DNA from: an uncultured Alphaproteobacteria bacterium
GTDB taxonomy: Bacteria; Pseudomonadota; Alphaproteobacteria; Rhizobiales; Aestuariivirgaceae
Assembly (NCBI GenBank): GCA_945957365.1
Contig: CAMFKI010000018.1
Coordinates: 4,300 to 68,299 of the forward strand
Direction of reading: 5' to 3'
Length of the DNA: 64,000 nucleotides
The position numbers were made by a program, and so were the translations under genes. The notes beneath the pieces were generated by a model. The model ran no database searches and was not told the DNA's origin. It saw only the letters and a list, made by a program, of their open reading frames with translations. Position 1 is the first letter of the stretch. Every line of letters starts with the position of its first letter. This document shows, piece after piece, positions 21,022 to 30,685 of the stretch.

Positions 21022-22071
21022 ATGGCATCGATCAGCCTGAACAAGATCAGCAAGGCCTGGGGCCCTGTGGTGGGCGTGGACGCGATCGACCTCGAGATTC
21101 GTGACAAGGAATTCATGGTGTTCCTCGGACCCTCGGGCTGCGGCAAGACCACCACCATGCGGATGATCGCCGGCCTCGAAGACCCCACAGGGGGCGAGAT
21201 CCTGATTGACGGCGAGACGGTGAACGACGTCGATGCGCGTGACCGCGACGTGGCCATGGTGTTCCAGTCCTACGCGCTCTACCCCAACATGACGATCTAC
21301 GAGAACATCCGCTTCCCGTTGCGCATGCGCGGCGTGCCGAAGGACAGGCAGGACCAGATGGTGCGTGACGCGGCCGCCATCGTCGAACTCGGCGACCTGC
21401 TGGACCGCAAGCCGCGGGCCCTTTCCGGCGGCCAGCGTCAGCGCGCGGCCCTAGCCCGCGCCGTGGTGCGCCACCCGCGCGTGTTCCTGATGGACGAGCC
21501 CCTGTCCAACCTCGACGCCAAGCTGCGCCTCACCATGCGGGCCCAGCTGAAGCACATCCAGCGCCGGCTGCAGACGACGACCATCTACGTGACGCATGAC
21601 CAGATCGAGGCCATGACACTGGCCGACCGCATCGCCATCATGAGCAAGGGCCAGATCCAGCAGCTCGGCACCCCGGACGAGGTCTATAACAACCCGGCCA
21701 ACGTCTTCGTCGCGGGGTTCATCGGCTCGCCGCCGATGAACCTGCTGAAGGGCGAACTCGAGAACGGCACCTTCGTGGGGCCGGCGACACGCGTCGAGGG
21801 CGTGGGCAAGGGCAGCCGGCCGGGCGTGACCCTCGGCATCCGACCGGAGGACGTGTCCGTGGCGGCTCCGGGGCAGGGGCATCTCACGGCGTCACTCTAT
21901 TCGCTCGAACCCCTCGGCGACCAGACGCTCGCCGCCGTCATGGCGGGAGACCAGATGGTGGTGGCGAAGGCCGCGCGCAGCTTCCGGCAGGAGCTCGAGA
22001 CCCCGATCAGCCTGGGTTTCGACGTGTCGCGCTGCTATCTCTTCGATGCCGCGAGCGGCGCGCGGCTCTGA
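21022..22071 (+). CDS. Sugar ABC transporter ATP-binding protein (MalK/UgpC-like)
   Basis: GPSGCGKTT, LSGGQRQR, LMDEPLSNLDA, VTHDQIEA, TOBE-like C-terminus. Confidence 0.95.
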   Translation: MASISLNKISKAWGPVVGVDAIDLEIRDKEFMVFLGPSGCGKTTTMRMIAGLEDPTGGEILIDGETVNDVDARDRDVAMVFQSYALYPNMTIYENIRFPLRMRGVPKDRQDQMVRDAAAIVELGDLLDRKPRALSGGQRQRAALARAVVRHPRVFLMDEPLSNLDAKLRLTMRAQLKHIQRRLQTTTIYVTHDQIEAMTLADRIAIMSKGQIQQLGTPDEVYNNPANVFVAGFIGSPPMNLLKGELENGTFVGPATRVEGVGKGSRPGVTLGIRPEDVSVAAPGQGHLTASLYSLEPLGDQTLAAVMAGDQMVVAKAARSFRQELETPISLGFDVSRCYLFDAASGARL

Positions 22072-22103
22072 CCGAAGGCTGGCGTGACAGGTTTGGAGGC
22101 AGC

Positions 22104-22514
22104 ATGGCAACGCCCGGTTCAACCGACGGCGAGACCCCCGAGGTCAAGATCACCCGGCGCATTGCGGAACTGGGCGACTGGCGCGGCGATGCGCTCGCCA
22201 GGATCCGCAAGCTCATCCATGACGCGGATCCGGAGGTCGTCGAGGAATGGAAATGGCGCGGCGTGCCGGTCTGGTCGCATGGCGGCATCCTGTGCACCGG
22301 AGAAACCTACAAGCAGGTGGTGAAGCTCACCTTCGCCAAGGGGGCGGCGCTGCCGGACCCGGGCAAGCTCTTCAATGCGAGCCTCGAGGGCAACCTGCGC
22401 CGGGCCATCGACCTCCACGACGGTGGCAAGCTGGACGAGGCCGCCTTCAAACAGCTGATCCGTGACGCCATCGCGGCCAATGTCGCAGCCAGGGCAAAGC
22501 GGAAGCGCTCCTGA
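22104..22514 (+). CDS. DUF1801 (YdhG-like) domain protein
   Basis: GDWRG..LARIRKLIHDADPEVVEEWKW, GETYK.VVKLTFAKGA.L.DP.KLFNASLEG. Confidence 0.85.
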   Translation: MATPGSTDGETPEVKITRRIAELGDWRGDALARIRKLIHDADPEVVEEWKWRGVPVWSHGGILCTGETYKQVVKLTFAKGAALPDPGKLFNASLEGNLRRAIDLHDGGKLDEAAFKQLIRDAIAANVAARAKRKRS

Positions 22515-22545
22515 GCGACAACGCCTGATGGGATTTGTCCGAGTT

Positions 22546-22656
22546 TCCCTCCCCCTTGTGGGGAGGGATCAAGGGTGGGGGTGCCGCGAGTCCGCTGTTC
22601 GAGGCGGGCACGTGGAACGACCCCCACCCCTGCCCCTCCCCACAAGGGGGAGGGGA
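22546..22656. repeat. REP-like palindromic element
   Basis: tccctcccccttgtggggaggg..gggtgggggt ... acccccaccc..ccctccccacaagggggagggga nested inverted repeats between convergent genes. Confidence 0.8.
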
Positions 22657-22688
22657 CTTCGATTGCCAGTGAGGGAACGTGTTGACGG

Positions 22689-23681
22689 CTACGGGCGCAC
22701 GACGGTCTTGAGGCCTTCCGCATTCCCGGCGATCAGCCGTTCGTAGGCGGCCGGCACATCGGCGATGGCGATGTCGCGATCCGCGAGGCTGATGGCCTCG
22801 GCGGCGACGCGGGTGAGCAGGGCGATCGCGTCCGGCAATTCGTCACGGAAGGCATGGCAGCCGATGAGGCTGACCTCGCGCTCGACGAGGATGTTGGGAT
22901 CGAGGTCGAGCCTGCCATGCATGATGCCGACCAGTGCGATGGCGCCGCCGCCGGCCATGCCATCGAGCAGGCCGGCCAGCGCCGCGGTGCTGCCGGTGGC
23001 TTCGATGGCGAAACGAACGTCGCGTGCGGCCGCAGCGGCATCCAGTGTCACCGCCGTGGCGCCGGTCGCCGCGCAGACGCGCGCCACGCGGCGGGCGTTG
23101 CGGTCGGCGACGCGGATGTCGCGGTGGCCGTGCGCTGCGAGGACGAGTGCCGCCAGTCCCCCGATGGGGCCGCAGCCGGCGATCAGCACCGGGGCGCCGG
23201 GCTCGGGCCGCAGCCGCCTCACCGCATGGAGCGCCACGGCGACGGGTTCGGTCATGACGGCCGCCGCGTCGGGCAGGTCGTCCGGCAGCCTGTGCAGCAG
23301 GCGGGCGGGGAGTGAGGTCTGCTCCGCGAAGCCGCCGTCGCAGATTTCGCCGACGAAACCCAGCCTCGCACAGAGATGATGGTTGCCGGCGAGGCAGGCC
23401 GGGCATTCCCCGCACCAGAAGCGGGAGTCGGCCACGACGCGGTCGCCCGGTATCAGGCCCGTGACGCCCGCTCCCAGCGTGGTGACGCGGCCGATCAGTT
23501 CATGGCCCGGAACCGAGGGGCTACGGCTGATCCACTGGCCGGTGCGGTAGTTGTGGACGTCGGACCCGCAGATCCCGGCGGCGGTGACGGCGAGGTTCAC
23601 CCAGCCCGGCTCAGGTGCAGCGGGCGCGGGGATGTCCTCGACGCGGAGATCGCCCCTGGCATGGAGTCTGACGGCCTGCAT
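22689..23681 (-). CDS. Zinc-dependent (MDR) alcohol/polyol dehydrogenase
   Basis: GICGSD, PGHE, CGECPAC...C structural Zn motif, GCGPIG; start 23681. Confidence 0.9.
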   Translation of the reverse strand: MQAVRLHARGDLRVEDIPAPAAPEPGWVNLAVTAAGICGSDVHNYRTGQWISRSPSVPGHELIGRVTTLGAGVTGLIPGDRVVADSRFWCGECPACLAGNHHLCARLGFVGEICDGGFAEQTSLPARLLHRLPDDLPDAAAVMTEPVAVALHAVRRLRPEPGAPVLIAGCGPIGGLAALVLAAHGHRDIRVADRNARRVARVCAATGATAVTLDAAAAARDVRFAIEATGSTAALAGLLDGMAGGGAIALVGIMHGRLDLDPNILVEREVSLIGCHAFRDELPDAIALLTRVAAEAISLADRDIAIADVPAAYERLIAGNAEGLKTVVRP

Positions 23682-23695
23682 GGGCTCTGGTCCTT

Positions 23696-24460
23696 TCAGA
23701 TCGAGGCGAGGAAGCCGCCGTCCACGGGAAAGCATTGGCCGGTGATGTAGCCCGAGGCGCGCGCGGCGAGGAACACCGCGATGCCATCGAGGTCGCGCAA
23801 TTCGCCGAAACGCGCCATCGGGATCTTGGCCAGCATGGCCTGTTGCCATGCGTCGCTCTGGTAGAAGGCCTCCGTCATCGCGGTGCGGAAATAGCCCGGT
23901 GCGATGGCGTTGACGCGGATGCCGAGCGCCGCCCACTCGGCGGCGAGCGCGCGGGTCATGCCGAGGAGGCCGGTCTTCGACGAGCCATAGGGCACGGCGG
24001 TGGGAATGCCGACCTCGGTGGTGAGCGAGCACAGATTGATGATGGAGCCGCCTGCCGTCATGCGCTTCGCGGCGGCCTGCGCGCAGAAAAACGCGCCCTT
24101 CAGGTTGGTGTCGAGAATCTTGTCCCAGAGCGCTTCGGTGACGTCGAGCGAGGGCATCACCTCCTCGGCGCCGGCGTTGTTCACGAGGATCGAGAGGCCG
24201 CCCAGTTGATCCGCTGCGGCGTTCACCGCCGTTGTGACCTGCGCCACGTCGCGCACGTCGAGGGCCAGCGGCACGGCCCTGCGACCCAGGGCTTCGATGG
24301 CCGCCACGCAGGCGCCGAGGCTGGCGGCAGCGCGCGCCGTGACCGCGACGTCGGCCCCGGCGCGGGCCAGCGCCACGGCAATCTCCTGGCCGATGCCGCG
24401 GCTGGCGCCGGTGACGAGTGCGGTCTGGCCGGTGAGGTCGAAGAGTGAGGCATCGCCCAT
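23696..24460 (-). CDS. SDR-family oxidoreductase (gluconate 5-dehydrogenase-like)
   Basis: TGASRGIG, VNNAG, YGSSK catalytic YxxxK, NAIAPGYF; start 24460. Confidence 0.9.
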   Translation of the reverse strand: MGDASLFDLTGQTALVTGASRGIGQEIAVALARAGADVAVTARAAASLGACVAAIEALGRRAVPLALDVRDVAQVTTAVNAAADQLGGLSILVNNAGAEEVMPSLDVTEALWDKILDTNLKGAFFCAQAAAKRMTAGGSIINLCSLTTEVGIPTAVPYGSSKTGLLGMTRALAAEWAALGIRVNAIAPGYFRTAMTEAFYQSDAWQQAMLAKIPMARFGELRDLDGIAVFLAARASGYITGQCFPVDGGFLASI

Positions 24461-24461
24461 G

Positions 24462-25235
24462 TCAGTGGTCCTCGTCGATCTCGTCGCGCAGCTCGTTGAG
24501 GATGCGGCGCTTGAGGGCGATGAAGTCGGGCTCGAGTTCAACGTCCGGGTTGCGCGGGCGCGGGATGTCGATGCGGATATCGGCCTTGAGCTTGCCCGGG
24601 CGCGCCGTCATGACGATCACCCGGTCGCCGAGCAGGATCGCCTCGTCGATGTCATGCGTCACGAAGGCGACCGTGGTGTGGGAATGCTCCCACACCCGCA
24701 GCAGCAGCTTCTGCATGGTGTGCCGCGTCTGGCTGTCGAGCGCGCCGAAGGGCTCGTCCATCAGCAGGATGTCGGGGTCGTTGGCGAGCGCCCGGGCGAT
24801 CGCCACGCGCTGCATCATGCCGCCCGAGAGCTGCTTGGGATAATGCCCTGCAAAGGCGGTGAGGCCGACCTCGCCGAGGTAATGATCGACGATCGTGCTG
24901 CGCTCGGCCTGCGGCAGGCCCTTGCGGCGCGGGCCGTATTCGACGTTCTGGCGCACCGTGAGCCAGGGAAACAGGGTGTAGGACTGGAACACCATGCCGC
25001 GGTCGGCTCCCGGCGCCTCGACGCGCTTGCCGGAGGCGAGGATGCTGCCCGAGGTGGCGTCGATCAGCCCCGCAGCGATGTAGAGCAGGCTCGACTTGCC
25101 GCAGCCCGAAGGGCCGACGATGACGGTGAACTCGTTGGGCTTCACCTCGAAGGAGATGCCGTCGAGCGCCAGCACCCGCTTGTCGCCCTTGCCATAGGTG
25201 AGGGTGACGTCCTGGACGGAAAGATTGCCCTTCAT
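24462..25235 (-). CDS. NitT/TauT-family ABC ATP-binding protein
   Basis: GPSGCGKSS, LSGGMMQR, LMDEPFGALDSQTR; start 25235. Confidence 0.93.
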   Translation of the reverse strand: MKGNLSVQDVTLTYGKGDKRVLALDGISFEVKPNEFTVIVGPSGCGKSSLLYIAAGLIDATSGSILASGKRVEAPGADRGMVFQSYTLFPWLTVRQNVEYGPRRKGLPQAERSTIVDHYLGEVGLTAFAGHYPKQLSGGMMQRVAIARALANDPDILLMDEPFGALDSQTRHTMQKLLLRVWEHSHTTVAFVTHDIDEAILLGDRVIVMTARPGKLKADIRIDIPRPRNPDVELEPDFIALKRRILNELRDEIDEDH

Positions 25236-25237
25236 GC

Positions 25238-26041
25238 TCAAAGCGCCCACGGGCAGAGCCAGCGCCGGAGCAGGCGAAAGGAAATGTCCGAGATCAGGCC
25301 GAGCAGCCCGATCAGCATGATGGCGAGGAAGATGGTGTCGACCTGGAAGCCGCGCATCGCCTTGAGCGAGATGAAGCCGAGGCCTGAGTTGGCGGCGACG
25401 AGCTCGGCCACGACGAGGTAGGTCCAGGCCCAGCCCATGGTGATGCGCAGCGTGTTGATGATGTTGGGCAGGGCTGCCGGGAAGATCACGTGCCAGATCG
25501 CCTCGTTGCGCGTCGTTCCCAGCGTGTAGCTGGCGTTGACGAGATCGCGCGACACGGCATGGGCCTCGTCCGAGATCATGATCAGCTGCGAGAAGAACAC
25601 CCCGAAGAAGATCACCGTGACGCGCTGGCCGAGCCCGATGCCGATCCACAGGATGAACAGGGGCACCAGCGAGGTGACCGGGAGGTAGCGGATGAAGTTC
25701 ACCAGCGGTTCCAGTGCCGCCTGCACGATCTTGTAGGTGCCCATGTAGAGCCCGAGCGGCACGGCGATGACGGCGGAGAGCAGGAAGCCGAGGATGACCA
25801 CCCTGACGCTCGACCAGATATGGACGAACAGCGTGCCGTCCGAGGCCAGCGAAATGCCGCGGCGGATGACGGCGTCGGGCACCGGCAGGAACATGTCGGC
25901 GACGTAGCCGCCATAGGAGGCCAGCGCCCAGGCGCCGAGGACGAGCGTCCACACGATGCAGGCGGCGGTGAGCCCGGCCGCGGCGGGGATTTCGCCGAAG
26001 GGCGTGGCGAAGCTCTGGAGGAGCGTGCGTTTGGTTGGCAT
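25238..26041 (-). CDS. NitT/TauT-family ABC permease
   Basis: FLPVP, FIRYLP, PLFILWIGIG, WTYLVVAELVAANSGLG. Confidence 0.92.
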   Translation of the reverse strand: MPTKRTLLQSFATPFGEIPAAAGLTAACIVWTLVLGAWALASYGGYVADMFLPVPDAVIRRGISLASDGTLFVHIWSSVRVVILGFLLSAVIAVPLGLYMGTYKIVQAALEPLVNFIRYLPVTSLVPLFILWIGIGLGQRVTVIFFGVFFSQLIMISDEAHAVSRDLVNASYTLGTTRNEAIWHVIFPAALPNIINTLRITMGWAWTYLVVAELVAANSGLGFISLKAMRGFQVDTIFLAIMLIGLLGLISDISFRLLRRWLCPWAL

Positions 26042-26107
26042 GGGATGTCCGGAATGGCAGCAAGGCGGGCTCCTCGCCCGCCCTGCGTCAGAAGCCTTGT
26101 TGGGAGG

Positions 26108-27094
26108 TCACTTGGGATCGATGAAGGACGTGTCGATCAGGTCGTTGTAGCCGATGTCCATCTTCATCTTCTGGAACCCGCCCCAGATCTTGTTGCCCAT
26201 CGCCATCAGGTCCTTGGCCTCGCCCTTGTCGGGGGTGCCGAAGAATTCGATGTTGCGGGCCTTGTCGTAGTAGTTGACGCCCTTGGCGGCGCCGGCGAAA
26301 TCCTCCGGCTTCTCGAGATAGCCGCCCACGCCCTTGGCCATGATGGCATAGGCCTCGTCCGGGTTGGTCTTGATGAATTCGACCGCCTTGAACAGGCCCT
26401 TGTTGAAGGCCTCGACGTCCTTCGGGTTGTTCTTGATGTAGTCGCAGGTGAGGTCGACGACGTCGACGATGAGCCCCGGCGTCTGCGAGGAGTCGATCAG
26501 CACCTTGCCCTGCTTCTTCTCGCGCACCAGCGAGAGATGCGGCTCCCAGGTCACGGCGGCGGGGATCTGCCCGGCGATGAAGGCGGCGGCGGCGTCGTCA
26601 GCCGTCATGTTGGTGATCTGCACGTCCTTCTCGGTCATGCCTTCGCGCGATAGCAGGATGTTGAACCAGAACTGCGACACCGAGCCCTCGTTCAGGCCGA
26701 CCTGCTGGCCCTTGAGGTCCTTGAGCGAGTTGACGCCGTCGCGCACCAGCACGCCGTCGCCGCCATGGCTGTCGTCCAGCGCCGACACGACCTTGAAGCA
26801 GAAGTCGGGCGAACGGTACTTCATGATCTCGTCGATCGTCGAGGCGTTGCCGTCGAGCTGCCCCGAGGCGACGGCGGCCATGTAGATCGAGGCGTCCTCG
26901 ATGATGTGGAGGTCGACGTCGAGGCCGTTCTCCTTGAAGAAGCCCTTGTCGCGGGCGAGGAACATCGGGCCGTAGCCCACCCAGGTCGTCATGCCGAGCC
27001 GCATGGTTCCGGCGTCGGCGGGCAGCGCCGACGCGGCCATCGCCACCACGGCTGCGGCCCCGACGCACAGTTTGAAAAGTGACTTGATGCTCAT
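26108..27094 (-). CDS. NitT/TauT (NMT1-like) ABC substrate-binding protein
   Basis: RBS ggaggaaacgagg; signal peptide; TWVGYGPMFLA, DDSHGGDG, AVTWEP. Confidence 0.9.
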   Translation of the reverse strand: MSIKSLFKLCVGAAAVVAMAASALPADAGTMRLGMTTWVGYGPMFLARDKGFFKENGLDVDLHIIEDASIYMAAVASGQLDGNASTIDEIMKYRSPDFCFKVVSALDDSHGGDGVLVRDGVNSLKDLKGQQVGLNEGSVSQFWFNILLSREGMTEKDVQITNMTADDAAAAFIAGQIPAAVTWEPHLSLVREKKQGKVLIDSSQTPGLIVDVVDLTCDYIKNNPKDVEAFNKGLFKAVEFIKTNPDEAYAIMAKGVGGYLEKPEDFAGAAKGVNYYDKARNIEFFGTPDKGEAKDLMAMGNKIWGGFQKMKMDIGYNDLIDTSFIDPK

Positions 27095-27292
27095 GATCCT
27101 CGTTTCCTCCGTGTCCACGCCCATTGTTGTCCGGCGGGCCATTCTGCGCGGCCCCGTCGCGGCTGCGGCATTGGAGCATGCAGCGGCGGGGGCGAAAAGT
27201 ATTTTTTTGCACATGCGCTGCGCAGCACCGGCATTGCCGCGCCGCGGACACTCGGCCTAGTCTTTGGCGACCACAGCCGAGGGGGCAGTCCG

Positions 27293-29398
27293 ATGAACCG
27301 CGATCCGCGTTACGATATCCTGTTCGAGCCGGTGAAGATCGGTCCGGTGACGACGAAGAACCGCTTCTACCAGGTGCCCCACTGCAACGGCATGGGCTAC
27401 CGTGACGCTACGGCACTGGCCACCATGCGGGCCATCAAGGCCGAGGGCGGCTGGGGCGTGGTGTGCACCGAGCAGGTGGAAATCCACCCCACGGGCGACG
27501 TAGCCCCCTTCATCGAGCTGCGCATCTGGGACGACCAGGACCTGCCGATGCTGGCGCGCATCGCCGAGGCGGTGAAGTCGAAGGGTGCGCTCGCCGGGCT
27601 GCAGCTGGCGCACAACAGCATGAATGCGCCGAACCTCTATTCGCGCGAGATCCCGCTGGGGCCGATGGACCTGCCGGTCTACAGCTATTTCAGCGACCCC
27701 GTGCAGGTCCGCGCCATGGACAAGGAAGACATCCGGAACTTCCGCAAGTGGCACCGCGACGCGGCACTGAGGGCCAAGCGCGCCGGCTTCGACATCATCT
27801 ATGTCTATGCCGGCAAGCTGTTCGGCCTGCCGATGTATTTCCTGTCGCGCCGCTTCAACCAGCGCAGCGACGAATATGGCGGCAGCCTGGAGAACCGCGC
27901 GCGCTTCCTGAAGGAGCTGATCGAGGACACCAAGGACGCGGTGGGCGACAGCTGCGCAGTGCCCTGCCGCATCTCGGTCGACGAGATGGTGGGCGACGAG
28001 GGCATCCACGCGGCCGAGGCGCTGGACATCATCGGACACCTGGCGGAGCTCCCCGACCTCTGGGATCTGACGCTGTCGGGCTGGGAGAATGACAGCCAGA
28101 CCTCGCGCTTCGCCGAGGAGGGCTACCAGCTGCCGTTCATCCGGGGCATCAAGCCGCTGACCTCGAAGCCGGTCGTCAGCGTCGGGCGCTATACGTCGCC
28201 GGACCTGATGGTGAAGCTGGTTCGCGACGGTGTCATCGACCTGATCGGCGCGGCCCGGCCATCGATCGCCGATCCCTACCTGCCGAAGAAGATCGAGGAG
28301 GGCCGCATCGAGGACATCCGCGAGTGCATCGGCTGCAACATGTGCGTGGCCGGCGACTTCACCATGACGCCCAGCCGCTGCACGCAGAACCCCTCCTTCG
28401 GTGACGAGTGGCGGCGCGGCTGGCACCCGGAGACGATCCGCAGCGTGAAGAAGGACGCCAGGGTGCTGGTGGTGGGCGCCGGACCCGCCGGCCTCGAGGC
28501 GGCGATGATGCTCGGCCGCCGCGGCGTCGAGGTGGCGCTGGCGGAGCAGGGCGAGCCCGGCGGCCGCGTGCTGCGCGAGGCGAAATTACCCGGTCTCTCG
28601 GCCTGGAAGCGCGTGGCGGATTACCGCCTGGGCCAGCTTCAGCGCGCAACCAAGGTGACGCTCTACCGCGACAGCGCACTGACCGCGGATGACATGCTGG
28701 GCTTCGGCTTCGAACACGTGGCCATCGCCACCGGCTCCGCCTGGCGCGTGGATGGCGTGGGGCGCCGGCTGCTGCGGCCCGCACCGCTCGCCGGCGCCGA
28801 CGTGCTGTCGCCCGACGATCTGATGGCGGGCCGACGGCCCGCGAACCGCAACGTCGTGATCTACGACGACGACCATTACTACATGGGCGGCGTGCTGGCG
28901 GAGCTTCTGGTGAAGGAAGGCTTCACGGTCGCCGTGGTGACGCCCGCCGCCGAGGTCTCGACCTGGATGCGGATGACCATGGAACAGCTTTTCGTGCAGC
29001 ACAGGCTGGTGAACCTCGGGGTGAAGATCATCTCGCACCACCACCTGGTGCGGGCGGATGCCGCGGGCGTCACCTATGCCTGCGGCTTCACCGGCAGGGA
29101 AACCGTCGTCGAAAGCTGTTCGCTGGTGCCGGTGACCGCACGGCTGCCCTTGAATGCGGTGGGCCGTGAGCTTCTGGCACGGCGCGGCGAATGGGCTGCG
29201 GCGGGCCTGCGCTCCGTCACGCTCATCGGCGATGTGCTGGCGCCGGGCACCATCGCCGCCGCCGTGTGGGCCGGCCGGCGCTATGCCGAGGAGTTCGACG
29301 CCGACGAAGGCCCGGTAGCCAGGGACATGCGGCGCGAGGTGACGGGGCTGGCGCCCGGCCCGTTCTATTGGGAGGCGCAGGGCGCTGCGGCGAAATGA
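27293..29398 (+). CDS. Iron-sulfur flavoprotein amine dehydrogenase of the trimethylamine/histamine dehydrogenase family (histamine-dehydrogenase-like)
   Basis: RYDILFEPVKIGP..KNRFYQVPHC (Cys for covalent FMN), EYGGSLENR, RECIGCNMC..C 4Fe-4S motif, VVGAGPAGLEAA. Confidence 0.88.
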   Translation: MNRDPRYDILFEPVKIGPVTTKNRFYQVPHCNGMGYRDATALATMRAIKAEGGWGVVCTEQVEIHPTGDVAPFIELRIWDDQDLPMLARIAEAVKSKGALAGLQLAHNSMNAPNLYSREIPLGPMDLPVYSYFSDPVQVRAMDKEDIRNFRKWHRDAALRAKRAGFDIIYVYAGKLFGLPMYFLSRRFNQRSDEYGGSLENRARFLKELIEDTKDAVGDSCAVPCRISVDEMVGDEGIHAAEALDIIGHLAELPDLWDLTLSGWENDSQTSRFAEEGYQLPFIRGIKPLTSKPVVSVGRYTSPDLMVKLVRDGVIDLIGAARPSIADPYLPKKIEEGRIEDIRECIGCNMCVAGDFTMTPSRCTQNPSFGDEWRRGWHPETIRSVKKDARVLVVGAGPAGLEAAMMLGRRGVEVALAEQGEPGGRVLREAKLPGLSAWKRVADYRLGQLQRATKVTLYRDSALTADDMLGFGFEHVAIATGSAWRVDGVGRRLLRPAPLAGADVLSPDDLMAGRRPANRNVVIYDDDHYYMGGVLAELLVKEGFTVAVVTPAAEVSTWMRMTMEQLFVQHRLVNLGVKIISHHHLVRADAAGVTYACGFTGRETVVESCSLVPVTARLPLNAVGRELLARRGEWAAAGLRSVTLIGDVLAPGTIAAAVWAGRRYAEEFDADEGPVARDMRREVTGLAPGPFYWEAQGAAAK

Positions 29399-29464
29399 TG
29401 CTGCCGCGCGGCGCGCATCTCCAGTAGAACGGCAGGCAGAATGGCATTCGGGAAGGACGGCGGC

Positions 29465-30685
29465 ATGACGGTCGAAAAGGTCGAGACACTCATCATCGGT
29501 GGCGGGCAGGCCGGGCTTGCCGCCAGCCGGCACCTCGGCAAGCGCGGGCGCGAGCACCTGGTGCTCGAGCGCAAGCGCATCGCCGAACGCTGGCGCGCCG
29601 AGCGCTGGGACTCGCTCGTCGCCAACGGCCCGGCCTGGCACGACCGCTTTCCCGACCTCGAATTCAAGTGCCATGGCGATGCCTTCGCGACACGCGACGA
29701 GATCGTGCAGTACCTGGAGGATTACGCCAGGCAGAACCATTCGCCGGTCCGCACCGGCGTCGAGGTGACGGCACTTCACCGCAACGCCGATGGCAGCTTC
29801 CGCGCCGAGACGACGGCCGGCGTGATCGAGGCGAAGAACGTGGTGACGGCGACCGGCCCGTTCCAGAAGCCGCTGCGCCCCGTGATGGTGCCCGACTCCG
29901 AGGGCATCCTGCAGATCCACTCGGCGCATTACCAGAAGCCTTCGCAGCTTCCGCCCGGCGCGGTTCTGGTGGTGGGAGCGGGGTCATCGGGCGCGCAGAT
30001 CGCCGACGAGCTGCAGCGGGCGGGGCGCAAGGTCTATCTCTCGGTCGGCCCGCATGACCGGCCGCCGCGCGCCTATCGCGGCAAGGATTTCGTGTGGTGG
30101 CTGGGCGCACTCGGCAAGTGGAATGCCAAGACCATCGCACCCGGAATGGAGCACGTGACCATCGCGGTGAGCGGCGCCCACGGCGGCCACACGGTCGACT
30201 TCCGCCAGCTGGCGCATCGCGGCATCACGCTGGTCGGCCGCACCGACGGCTTCGCCGATGGCAAGATGAGCTTCGCCCCCGACCTCAAGGCCAACATCGA
30301 GCGCGGCGACGCCAACTACCTCTCGGTGCTGGACGAGGCCGATGCGCATATCGCGGCCAACAAGCTCGATTTCCCGCCCGAGCCCGATGCCCGCAAGCTG
30401 AGCGCCATGCCGGACTGCGCGCTGAACCCCATCCTGTCGCTCGACCTGAAGCAGGCCGGCGTCACCTCGATCGTCTGGGCCACCGGCTATGCGCTCGACT
30501 TCGGCTGGATCAAGTTCGACGCCTTCGACGAGAAGGGCCGGCCGGCGCATGAGCGCGGCGTCTCCAGCAAGGCGCCCGGTCTCTATTTCCTCGGCCTGCC
30601 CTGGCTGACGCGCCGCGCCTCGGCCTTCATCTGGGGTGTGTGGGTGGATGCCGAGCACATCGCGGAGACCATCGCCGCGCGCTAG
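29465..30685 (+). CDS. FAD-dependent oxidoreductase, flavin-containing monooxygenase-like
   Basis: IIGGGQAG FAD motif, RWDSL, IHSAHY, VVGAGSSG NADPH motif, WATGY; start 29465 or 29441. Confidence 0.88.
   Translation: MTVEKVETLIIGGGQAGLAASRHLGKRGREHLVLERKRIAERWRAERWDSLVANGPAWHDRFPDLEFKCHGDAFATRDEIVQYLEDYARQNHSPVRTGVEVTALHRNADGSFRAETTAGVIEAKNVVTATGPFQKPLRPVMVPDSEGILQIHSAHYQKPSQLPPGAVLVVGAGSSGAQIADELQRAGRKVYLSVGPHDRPPRAYRGKDFVWWLGALGKWNAKTIAPGMEHVTIAVSGAHGGHTVDFRQLAHRGITLVGRTDGFADGKMSFAPDLKANIERGDANYLSVLDEADAHIAANKLDFPPEPDARKLSAMPDCALNPILSLDLKQAGVTSIVWATGYALDFGWIKFDAFDEKGRPAHERGVSSKAPGLYFLGLPWLTRRASAFIWGVWVDAEHIAETIAAR

Noticed and set aside
27095-27292. Possible guanidine-I (ykkC) riboswitch upstream of the NitT/TauT SBP
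   Set aside because: Conserved core sequences were not found on the minus strand and no urea carboxylase genes are nearby; Infernal would confirm
27293-29398. Trimethylamine dehydrogenase call
   Set aside because: Recalled TMADH substrate-bowl residues (Tyr in NTEY, Trp after the Fe-S motif) are replaced by Gln and Asp, as in histamine dehydrogenase
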